Shown here: positions 52,918 through 64,000 of the stretch, one piece after another
Layout: every line of letters begins with the position of its first letter
How positions within the stretch are numbered: the stretch's first letter is position 1
Source of the DNA: Octopus vulgaris
Taxonomy: Eukaryota
Direction: 5' to 3'
Assembly: GCA_951406725.2 (NCBI GenBank)
Contig: OX597817.1
Coordinates: 45,074,001-45,138,000, forward strand
DNA length: 64,000 nucleotides
The notes under the pieces: model-generated
What the model saw: the letters and a program-made list of their open reading frames with translations, nothing else
Told to the model about the DNA's origin: nothing
The model's database searches: none
Position numbers and translations under genes: made by a program

Positions 52918-53609
52918 GTATACGTATGTTTATAAATATTTCATAACCACAACTTTAGATTTAGCAAAAATAGGGCAACACAACGAGCAAAATAAATCTT
53001 GTCATCCAGGGAAAACGCTGTGAGCTACAACATATCTTTCTAACGTTTTCATATTGTTTACACATTATCAAAATGTTCGAAAAATGTGTTTTTTTCCACG
53101 ACCGACAAAAAAGGTATTCCTCCAAATCTCATAAACTTTTGAAGACACGCTCGGGAGATTCCAATTTTGGGAATATCACAATTCTGTTCCCTAGTCTCTT
53201 GTTTGTTAGTGAAACTAACCACGATTATGTAACAAGAATTCCTCTAGATCCGGGCGCGGTTGGCTTGGATGCAGAAATCCATTTAATAATTTATGAATAT
53301 TTTCTCTTAATGATATAATTTTTCCACAAACTCCCTGGTGTTTTCTTGCAAACATTTCTGTGATAAGCTCCAACAACATTCTTCTTTCAAGTTTCTTAAA
53401 GGAAGTTAAGTTTAATGCATTTCATGTTAAATTTATATTTTTGGAAAAATATAATTTTGATCATATATCAGGAAACTAAAATCTTTATGCTTATAACTAA
53501 CAGACACTGCACAAGACTTACTGTATGAATTAGAAATGTGATTTTGTATACACACACATACACAGAAACACACATTCACACATATATATATATATATATG
53601 TATATATCG

Positions 53610-53655
<46 letters not shown>

Positions 53656-53869
53656 CTGTGTGTGAGTCTGTTTTGTTTCACAATAATCAAAACGAAATGG
53701 TTGAAATGAATAATGCAAAAAACTGACAAAATTGATATAATCCAACATTTACCGAGTTGAAATTGCTAGTAATATAGAATCTTCTATGATTGAATGTATG
53801 TATGTATATAAGTATGAATATGTATGTATATATGTATATATATACATATACACAAATACACGCAAAACC

Positions 53870-54330
53870 ACGCTGATAGCTTAGGAGTAAAATTTAGGAT
53901 TTCTCGTTTTTCTGTTAATCGATTTTGATAAAACTTTTCTCAGCTGGTTTGCACACTATGGCAACACTATTGTTATGCTTTTATTATTCTATGTAACGTC
54001 ATTTCTTTTTTATTTCAAATTCATGTTTTTGGGTGAACCGCGCTAACTGTCTCTCTCCCCCTTAATAGCAGTAGGTCATGGAAAAGACAACAATGAAGAA
54101 AAGTCTGTTATCATCAAGGTAAGTTCTAAAGGCACCACTCTTCATGTTATTGCGGAGAAATTAGGACGCCGTGTGGACACTGCTAAACGGTTTCTGAAGG
54201 ACCCTTCGCCAAGGAGGAGACGATCCGATTGTGGGACCTCGAAGACTGCGACAGCAAGAAATTTAAGTAATATTAGCTGTAAGTTCCGTGAGAAACCTGG
54301 ACAAACCAGCAAAGCCATTTTACCGCATCC
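53870..54330 (+). mobile_element. Tc1-like transposon 5' fragment (HTH region)
   Basis: IAEKLGRRVDTAKRFLKDPSPRRRRSDCG..TARNL..I..KFREKPGQTSKAI resembles the Tc1 paired-like DNA-binding region. Confidence 0.55.
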
Positions 54331-54749
54331 GGACTTCCTCGTTTTCCCCAAACCAACAGAAATTGCATCCTCAGGACCATGCTATAACCCCTTACACTGC
54401 CTCCTTTAACGCACCCTCACAGGCGTTTGAGATTTCAATGGGCCGAAAAGTACATGACGTTAGACCCTTCACGGACGTGACGGTTAGGAAAATGGTTGGG
54501 TTTGTGTTGAAGATGAGTGTCACCAACGTTGAGTACATCAACACTAGGGTGGAGAAATCGTGTTGTAGGCTGATATCATTGAGTACAGACATGTAGGCCC
54601 AATCAGGGTGTCTGAAGGGTTAAAGAAGTGACAGAGCAGGTACCTACTACAATCTCCCAAAGTAGGTCTTGGATTCCTGGGTAGATGGTATACCGCTGTC
54701 ACTTCTAAGGAGTCTCGTATTGATGCATGACAACACTTTCCACCCCCAA

Positions 54750-54781
<32 letters not shown>

Positions 54782-56514
54782 ATTGGTGCATTGTTGTACC
54801 ACATTTCTATATATATGCGTTGCCTACAGAAATCGGGTGATATTCTATAGCCACTGTTCAACGTTCGCTGAGTTACAGCAATATAAAGTTGACAAGTTAC
54901 ATGTTCACGTATAATGATGACTAAAATGTTTTCATTTTAATTTCCAGTTTTGTAGAAAAATATAGGAGCAATATACGCGCACCACTTTAGAGCCGGATTT
55001 TCTGTTTGCTCTTCTTTTGTTTTGTATTTTATTTTGGCTTCTCTTTTCCGCTCCTATGTTTTTGTTAAAAATATTGATCGACAATAGTTATGAAATTTCA
55101 CAGAAAATAAAAATCCCTAGCTTCAAATAATTTATTTTATGAGATACTAAAATACATCGGTAGGTCCATAACCTACTGGATTATAGTAGCAATATTGGAA
55201 ACACAATAAATGTATATATGATGCCAGCCACATAATGATTAAATTGTGAAGTAGTAAGAGACGCATATTTGCTGAATGGAATATTAAAAAGCTCATGTAT
55301 ATTGGGCATATGTCGTAAAATAAAAACACCATTGTAGGATACTGCAGACGTGTCATGTCATAGGACATGATGCTCAGCAAAGATAATCACTTAGCAAATG
55401 CACCGAAGCGTACTTCGCTGGCGAATCGAAAGCGAAATACTGACAAAATAAATTCATATTCGAAAAGGCGATCCGCATAATAAATAGACAACAATGTATT
55501 TGAATGCATATTTCATGAATAAAACATAGCATATGGTGGATAAAAAAGAACAATAAAATCGATTACTCTAGTATGCAAAGCACAATAACTTTTGGAGGGA
55601 GAGCAGTCGATTAGATCGATCCGAATATTTGACCGGTCCTTTTGTTATCGACCACGTAAATTTGAAAAGAAGATCCCGAGAAAATTTAAATTCCAAATGT
55701 AAATATTAGTTTTTAAACATTGCATGCCTCTTTGTCTATTGCGTTTTAGATTCAACGGTCATTAATATAAAAAGAAAATTCAGCGGATATTTCCCGTTTT
55801 CTACTTGTTTTTAAATGTAAGTTCCATTTAAAAATAAAATGTAAGCGAATATATCTTCTGACAAATCAACGAATTCTTAACTCATTAAGCATTCTTTCAC
55901 CTAAGGACCTGCATTATATATAGAGTGGGGGGCATACATTTTCGTATCTCATTAAGTCTATACACAGAGAAATACATGAATACAGATCTGTCATAGAAAA
56001 GGTAATGATTCTGACATTCGATTTTTCAAAGTTGTATTCAATCCTAAGATTTTAACAAAAACTAATTAGAACCTGTTTACTTGTACAATAATAGTGACTT
56101 CGAATCAAGGTGTTATATATTCTAATGTATCTATATGACTACTATACGCAAGTCAAAAATATATTTCGGTGAAAGTGGGAGAGAACAATTAGACTTGCGT
56201 TCTTTGAAACTGGAGTTCTGGAACTGTTTACAGATGTGTGGGGTGTGTTTATGTACATATATACATGCATACGAACATACATGCTTACATACAAACATAC
56301 ATATATACATACATACATACATACTGTTATACCGCAATACTACACAGTCGCTGTGTGAGCTACGAAATCCTCGTCGCCACTGTTGTGTCGCACGTTCAGA
56401 TGACACTACTCAAACTTCTCCTACACTCTAGTCTACTACTCAACTCGACTCTCTACTCTGCTCGACTCTACTCTGTTCTCGACTAGGCTCCTCCCTTTAT
56501 ATCTACGTATTGGG

Positions 56515-56747
56515 AAGGCGGCGTGCTGGCAGAACCGTTAGTACGCCGGGCGAAATGCGTAGCCGTATTTCGTCCGCCGCTACGTTCTGAGTTCAAATTC
56601 CGCCGAGGTCGACTTTGCCTTTTATCCTTTCGGGGTCGATAAATTAAGTACCAGTTACGCACTGGGGTCAATGTAATCGACTTAATCCGTTTGTCTGTCC
56701 TTGTTTGTCCCGTCTGTGTTTAGCCCCTTGTGGGTAGTAAAGAAATA
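56515..56747 (+). mobile_element. SINE family A, young, 17-bp TSD
   Basis: TSD tatatctacgtattggg at 56498-56514 and 56748-56764. Confidence 0.92.
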
Positions 56748-57809
56748 TATATCTACGTATTGGGTTAGCCTACTTCATCATCATCTGAGGGCTGCCACAC
56801 AACACATACATACATTCATACACACATGAATGTATATATGTACGTATGTAGGTATGTATTTACATAAAGATCAAAATGCTTCTGCACATCTCTATCGATT
56901 TCTTTCCTGTTTACCACCTTAAGCACATTAGACACCACTTGCCTACATATAATTATTATAGAAAATGCAATGACTAGGACACGGTAATTGAAACAAACCC
57001 ATGCTCCAAATCATTCAGGAAAGTACCGCTTGTCCTACAGAAAGTGTCACCAACCTATTTCCTATTTGCAATGTTTTGTCTTCTCTAGAAACAGTAGATG
57101 TTTTAATAGTTATAGATTGTGTTTCAGGAAACACATTAGTGAGAAATACGTTAGAATGTTTCTTTCTCAGCTTTTTTTCCAGCTATAATCTTATTATATT
57201 GCTCTAGGGAAAAGTTTAATTATGAACTTGACAATATAATTGCATTCTACTATAGTCTTTCAAAATATTTAATCTAATTGATATATTTGGATTGACAAAA
57301 CCGAGTAAACAGCCCTAGGATATTGAAAATAATCGAACGATTCCCGGGAAATTTTGGCGATAATTCATCTAAATAAGACATAAATGTAAATACGGAAAAT
57401 GTCAACACCAGTCGCTATCATCATCACCTTACTTATTCCATATATTCTCCACTTCAATATCTAAATCATTATTATTATCATTATTATTTTTAATATTATT
57501 GTTGTTGTAAGTGTTGCTATTGCTGCCGTTGTTGTTTTAGTTCTTGTTCTTGTTCTTTTGCTTCATTTTCTCGATGTTTCTTAATAACCTGGTCACTTTT
57601 CAGCTTCTAGCAGGTTACGGCTGTTTAATAGCCCCAGGTATCAAGTAGCCTCTACCTGTTTTTTTCATTTTTTCATTCCAGTACTTTTAGTCAATCTAAT
57701 CATCGCCTGCCCTGCGTAATATTTCTGCTCTATATGCAAACTCATTACTGTACCTTTCAACCTACATACTTCGCTTTTTGCTTGGCCTTCTCCTGCTGCT
57801 GCTCCTTCT

Positions 57810-57900
57810 TCTACTTCTTCTTCTTCTTCTTCTTCTTCGTCTTCTTCTTCTTCTTCTTCTTCTTCTTCTTCTTCTTCTTCTTCTTCTCTTTCTTCTTCTC

Positions 57901-57962
<62 letters not shown>

Positions 57963-57972
57963 CATTATTATT
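57810..57972. repeat. (CTT)n plus (TTA)n compound microsatellite abutting the R4 element 3' end
   Basis: Seen directly. Confidence 0.93.
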
Positions 57973-57974
57973 TC

Positions 57975-58545
57975 TATGATTTTTTCTTCATCACGAGTTT
58001 TGTTTGAGATCCTGGAGTCTTGCAAGCATAATCGACTCACTACCTGCAGCCTACGGTACCATGCTATTCGTTCTTTTCATCTATCTGTTACTTTCTTGAT
58101 TATTCTGGCCGTGCAATAAGGTAAATGTTTCGTAACAGTTCTACTGGGCATCCTATTCCCATTCATATTATATTCACCTTGATACCTTCTGATACTGTTC
58201 ACGAGGACCCAAAATAATTGGCACTATCTTCACCGTCTTCATTTTTCAAAGCCGGGCTATTTCGTACTTAAGAGGGTTGTATCTCTCTAGCTTTTCGCCT
58301 TCCTTCTTGATTATTCATGGGTAAAATTGTCATGCAACATGAACTAAATAACATATGCTGTTCACCTTGTCCACTAATACTAGGTTCGCTCTGTTATACT
58401 CTAGCACCTGATCTCTTTGGATTGGGAAATTCCAGAGGATTTTGCTAGTCTCCGACTCCGCCACACTCTCCGGTTTGTGCATATACCATGTATTGCCTCT
58501 CTCTCTAGACGCCCACTTTTCGCACAGATAGTAATGTAGCAAGAA
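57975..58545 (-). pseudogene. R4/Dong-clade 3' end: restriction-like endonuclease domain plus 3' UTR
   Basis: LHYYLCEKW..WYMHKPESV.ESETSKILWNFPIQRD..LEYNRANLVLVDK..., then EKLERY..LKYEIARL..IVPII. Confidence 0.85.
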
Positions 58546-58547
58546 TT

Positions 58548-60252
58548 TAGGACAGTAATAGAAGAGTTGAACCAGCGTATCATATCAGCAGCTGGTAAGC
58601 TCTGCAGATATAAGAAAAGAATTCATCAATCTCAACAGAATTGATTATTTGAGAGAAGACCAGATAAGACCAAAAAAATAATGGGGAATGATATACTGTA
58701 GATGAGAAACCAATTGCAGAAGAAGATAGAAAGTTCTGGAGTAATATTTGGGATAATCAATCAATCATAGTGGAGATGCAGTATGGTTAAAGTAAGTGAG
58801 GGAAAAAATAGTGGGAAACATCCAGATCTAAGACTAACGGATACATTAATGAGTAAAGTCCTGGACCTAAGACCAGATTTAGTTCAAGGGTACTGGCTAA
58901 AAAAAATTAGTAGTTTACATGGAAGGCTGAGGGAACAACTTGAGGATTGCCTTAATGGAGGAATGATACTAGATTGGATGACCTGAGGGAGGACAATACT
59001 CATTATGAAAGATAAGAGCAAGGGTAATACAGCTAGCAGCTATAGAAAAATCACTTGCTTACAATTACGGTGGAAGCTGTTTACATGAATGCTTTCAGAA
59101 AGCATTTACGAGGACCTGGACTATCACAATTTACTGCCAGAAGAACAAAAAGGCTGCAGGAAGAAGGCTAGAAGAACGCATGAACAATTATACATAGACA
59201 AAGCAGATCTAAATGAAGTAAAGGCTAGAAACAAAAATCTAGCAACAACATGGATAGGATTATAAGAAAACCTACGAAATGATCCACTAAATCATGGATA
59301 AGTGAGTGATTGCGTATATTCAGAATAGCAGACAACATAGTGGAATTAATTAGCTTTAGCATGAAAAAATGGAAAATAGATCTCTACTCAGGTGACACAG
59401 ACTTAGGGTAAGTTAATATCAAGAGGGGAATTTTTCAAGGGGACTAGTTATCCCCGTTGGATTTTGTCTTTTGTTTTATCCCTCTCAGTATAGTATTAAA
59501 GAAGACAAAAGCAGGGTGTCAGTTCAGACAAAGTAAGCAAAATATTAACCATTTGCTCTACATGGATGATCTGAAGCTTTTTAATAAGAATGAGAAAGAA
59601 ATACATTCCTTAATGGAATCTGTAAAACTATTTAGCAAAGATATAGGCATGGAATTTGGCATATATAAGTGTGCAATAATAGGCATGAGAAGGTGACAGG
59701 TAGTAAACAGCGAAGGCATCCAATTACCAGATGGCCAGGCATTAATATCATTGAAAAGAGGAAATAATTATAACTATGTAGGGGTACTAGAACCTGACAG
59801 AGAACTAACTATAGAAATGAAAACAAAAATTGAGAGGGAATGCATCAGAAGGGTGAGGTAGTCAATGAATGGTTATAATTTAGTGAAAACTGTAAACGCT
59901 GGGGGAGTATCATTACTTAGATACACAACAACGTTTGGAGATTAGACAAAAAACTGAATTAACAAAGCTAGACAGAAGAACTAGGAAAGAATTCAGGACT
60001 CCACCAAAGGGCATGAGTAGCACGATTATACCTATCTAGAAAGGAAGGCAGAAGAGGGTTAATATCAGTAGAAGTGGAGTTAGCTAGAGTAGACACAGAC
60101 TCCTATGTTGGTAATAGTGAAGAAAGTTTATCAAAAGCTGCTAGAATCACAGGAAGACATAGGGAAACCAGAAACCCAAACGAAGTTAAAAACCAGAAAA
60201 AAGAACAGAAATTATCCGACTGGCAGGAGGTGTTGCATAGTAGATTCCCAAG
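58548..60252 (+). pseudogene. R4/Dong-clade RT region, inverted relative to its 3' end
   Basis: YRKITCL, LLPEEQKGCRK, RGIFQGD*LSP, INHLLYMDDLKLF, DIGMEFGIYKCA, LYLSRKEGRRGL. Contains stops and frameshifts. Confidence 0.9.
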
Positions 60253-62159
60253 ACACGATTTACAGTCCAAGAATTATCGTAAATCGTGTCTTTCCAAGAA
60301 GCAATGACAGCGTTGAACGTTTACGATTCTTGAATGTTCTGTGTTCCGGAAGGTCGGTTAATAATCGTTTATTGGTTCAAAATCAGAAACTGAGATGTAA
60401 GCAACCAAAAATATTCATGTGGCGTGTACAATTGAGGAAACCTCATTTGGTGTTTTTTAAATGCTCGAAAACTGTTGAATTTACAAGTTCTTTCCATTTC
60501 TTTGGGTTAGAAATTCAGACGCACATACTGACCAAAGATTAACAGAAGCCGGCTGGAGTTGTATGATACGGGCTCTCTTTGGGAAATGGTATAAGAAACC
60601 TAAGATTACATGAATAGAAAAATATAATTCTATACGCAAAAATAAATGAAGTCATAGACTTTGTAATTCAGAACAATTTTTCTTGCGTACCAATTACGTT
60701 GATATTATTTTTATGTTTTGTAGAGTTGTGTATTACATGGTTATTCTAAATTCTAATTTACATCAATCAACCTTCCGTAAAAAGTGGATTTCCAAATTGA
60801 AAATCATATTTCAGTGACAACATTGCGAGAGAACGTTAGCGTAACCAAGATTAAACTACCGATACTATAACAAAAAGTGTTAAGGCATGGTGTATGTATA
60901 AAAAATGAAGTAATATTAGTAGGTATTCGGTATATTGTGTTACGATATTTACACTCTTTCCCGAGAAGATTATATCGGTTTCACTAAAAAAATCGTGAAA
61001 ATAAACCAGATAGGAAAAAAATGTAACGAACTAAACAACCATAAATTTCGAAGATCTTCCTAGGACACGAATTGATGTTTTATTTTTATATTTCTTTTTA
61101 TTTGTTAAATTTCGATAAACGTTCAATTCTGAAGGTGGATGCGAAGGCAGCGTGGCAGTCTAAGCACCAGTTAGATATTTTAGTTATTTTTTTATTCTTT
61201 GAAATTTCCTTATCACGTTCTGGAACGTATCAAGGTATAGATATACCATATTTCTATATTATTTTGGTTATGTTTGTGTTTCGGTGTCGATACTGTTTTA
61301 CTGCTGAAATAAAATAATACTTCAATGATTCTAATACACGGTTTCTTTAAAGCGAGTTGGTCATGATTCTCCTATTCTGAAAATATATCTCTGAAGAAAG
61401 TTATATGTTTCAATAACTACAACTGCTGATTTATCAATACCTCTTTTTCTCTATTTTATTGCTTTCTAATGTTTCTCATTTTATAGTTGTTATATAATAC
61501 TTGTACTCTTTAAACTTTGTAGTAATAAGATTGTAACAAAATTCATCTGAAGACATATATTTAACATATTTTTAATAATCTTTCTTACTATTTCTCGAAT
61601 TTTAGACTCAAACCTTCATCGTAGTAAATTTACCTGTATCCTTGTGATCGGTAGCTAGATTCAAAGTAAATGACAGTTGTTATGGAAGCACCTCTATCCA
61701 CGATCTCATTTTATGTAATCAAATCTTCACTTATTCGAATCCTCGGCTTCATGTGAAAGTTTTTTAATTATCTGTATTCCAATTTCAACACATTTACTTT
61801 ACTTGCAAATAAATGCCTCACTTTCTTTGTAAATATTATCAGCTTCAATATATTATGATTAAATAAACAAAATAGAAATGTTGTGGCGTATTTTATGCAC
61901 ATAATAAATACTGTAGCTTAATGATAACATGCATCATGTAATAAAATATTTAAATAGCATTGTTTCTGATCGCAAATGTGTTGTGCGTTGAAAAAATTCT
62001 TCCTGTCAAGAACATTTGTTTTTAAGTGTTTGGAATTATGTTTTTTGCATTATTAATTTTATCTTCTCAGATTCGTCGCGGGTTTGAAGAGAATTGAGAT
62101 AAGATAAATGTAACAATATATTTGTGCGAGAAAGTTGTTTCGCTCAATACGCAGGTCAC

Positions 62160-62559
62160 GTTTACTCTTTTATTTGTTTCAGTCATATGACTGTGGCCAT
62201 GCTGGAGCACTGCCTTTTAGTCGAGCAAATCGACCCCGGAACATATTTTTTGTAAACCTAGTACTTATTCTATCAGTTTCTTTTACCGAACCGCTAAGTT
62301 ACGGTGACATAAACACACCAGCATCGGTTGTCAAGCGATGTTGGGGGGTGGGGGACAAGCACAGACACACAAACACACACACATATAAATACATATATAC
62401 GACGGGCTTCTTTCAGTTTCCGTCTACCAAATCCACTCACAAGGCTCTGGTTGGACCGAGGCTATAGTACAAGACACTTGCCCAAGGTGTCACGCAGTGG
62501 GACTGAACCCGGGACTATGTGGTTGGTAAGCAATATACTTACCGCACAGCCACTCCTAC
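62160..62559 (-). mobile_element. SINE family C
   Basis: Collinear with 52447-52917. Confidence 0.88.
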
Positions 62560-63242
62560 GTCAACGTTTGCATAAACATGCATATACACACACAAGCATA
62601 TCCATGCCTGCGTGGCATAACGGTATTCTTATATCAACAACTTGGTTTCGAATGCATATAATACGAAATGCCTTCCTATGAGCAATAGTCCTTCTACATA
62701 TATACTGTTTCTTTTCATAGAAAAGATCAATGTATGAATATATTTTAAGTAGGAAATCTGAAGATTGCAAAGAAGAATATCTCTTGTGGCTTATTTTCTG
62801 CTTAGCATTTTTCAAGTTTTCCTGTGTGAAGCAAATCCTTGAGAAAAATTGAAAATACACATAGTCTCAGACTCGAGAGATGGATCTCATTAGAGATATA
62901 GAAGAGGCAGCATGTTCAAGGACCCTAGAGATTTTTTGTTAAGAACTTGGTTGTGATGGCCAAGCTGTTCATGCATGAATTCCAGTACAATGATGTAATT
63001 CCAGGGATTTCTATTAATGACCAGAAGGGACACCGTATTACTTTATGCATAATATACTACAAAGTATATTAAGCCTGGAATTTGAAACGGAAATGATACG
63101 ATATGAAAGTTCTCAATTATCAGAGCTGGAGCGACGTTTACGGATTTAGTAACATAGCAAAACTGGAAATTCAAAATCCAGCTTCCTCACTGTTTTCAAA
63201 AAGCTAACTACCATTCAGGAGCGTGTTTGTAAATTTTGTCGT

Positions 63243-63313
<71 letters not shown>

Positions 63314-63320
<7 letters not shown>

Positions 63321-63405
63321 AAATATAAGAGAGTTAACGTTAAATAGGTTAACTCTAGCACTAGAGTTAACCTATTTAACGTTAACTCTCTTATATTTAC
63401 GGATA
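63314..63405. repeat. Perfect hairpin, 45-bp arms and 2-bp spacer, next to (TA)n
   Basis: Arms 63314-63358 and 63361-63405. Confidence 0.92.
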
Positions 63406-64000
63406 AATATGTATTGTCTCCCTGGTTTATTGTGCTAGGTCGCTTGGTGTTAACATAAGGGTATTATTAAATTAATATCTAATTTTTCACCCTCATTTTT
63501 GAATTTATGAATTTGATACGCTGCAGTAAATATTACATGCGGTATTCGCTTCCACTAAGTCTTAGCATATGCTTTTGGCGGGGAACTTGTAACTACAACC
63601 CTGAATGTAATCGATCAGACCGCATGGGTAATCGTCGCCCGTGTAGGTCTGATAAATTGCACCGATGACAAATGTTGCTGATGATCTATAGAGATATATG
63701 TGAGTATAATGTGCATATTATATTGATAAAGAAACAATTGTACAACATTAATCCACTTTTTAGTTGTATTTCACTTTCCTTACGTTGAGAGTAGTGCTAT
63801 TTCTATGTGGAGGTATCGTCAGCGATTATACCGGAGGAGCTATTTCTAGCACTAGAGTTAACCTATTTAACGTTAACTCTCTTATATATATACGGATAAA
63901 TATGTATTGTCTCCCTGGTTTATTGTGCTAGGTCGCTTGGTGTTAAAATAAGGGTATTATTAAATTAATATCTAATTTTTCACCCTCATTTTTGAATTTA
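63354..64000 (+). mobile_element. ~491-bp tandem unit carrying an HHR (Penelope pLTR or retrozyme-like); runs off the window
   Basis: The sequence from tctagcactagag at 63354 recurs at 63845 and continues near-identically to the window end. Confidence 0.75.
63671..63749 (+). ncRNA. Type-I hammerhead ribozyme with intact core
   Basis: aatgttg-CTGATGA(63678-63684)-long stem II-GAAA(63731-63734)-caattg-TA-caacatt. Perfect 7-bp stem I, palindromic stem III, GUA cleavage site. Confidence 0.85.

Overview
Very AT-rich, microsatellite-saturated eukaryotic DNA, probably intronic or intergenic. The SINE families look like those of Octopus/coleoid cephalopods, which is an inference from recognition, not a search. 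I see no host protein-coding exon, and most ORFs in the track are microsatellite translations. Main contents: (1) A young 4.4-kb Gypsy-type LTR element (20100-24504) with near-identical 1.2-kb LTRs, a tRNA-Leu PBS, a PPT and an ATAT TSD. Its single open 642-codon ORF is a collapsed gag-pol with the RT catalytic core deleted and a strong A-to-G-type substitution bias, possibly genomically fixed ADAR editing. (2) About 10 type-I hammerhead ribozyme (HHR) motifs of several families, Penelope-like or retrozyme-like, mostly in or next to (TA)n tracts. They often sit in the arms of fold-back palindromes, and one lies in a ~491-bp tandem unit. (3) Fossils of Penelope RT, R4/Dong LINEs (one with a twin-priming-like inversion), RTE and CR1/L2-like LINEs, mariner/Tc1, piggyBac-like and Merlin-like MITEs, Helitrons, and about 20 tRNA-derived SINE copies from three families. 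All coordinates were read by eye; repeat boundaries are approximate unless defined by a TSD or TIR.
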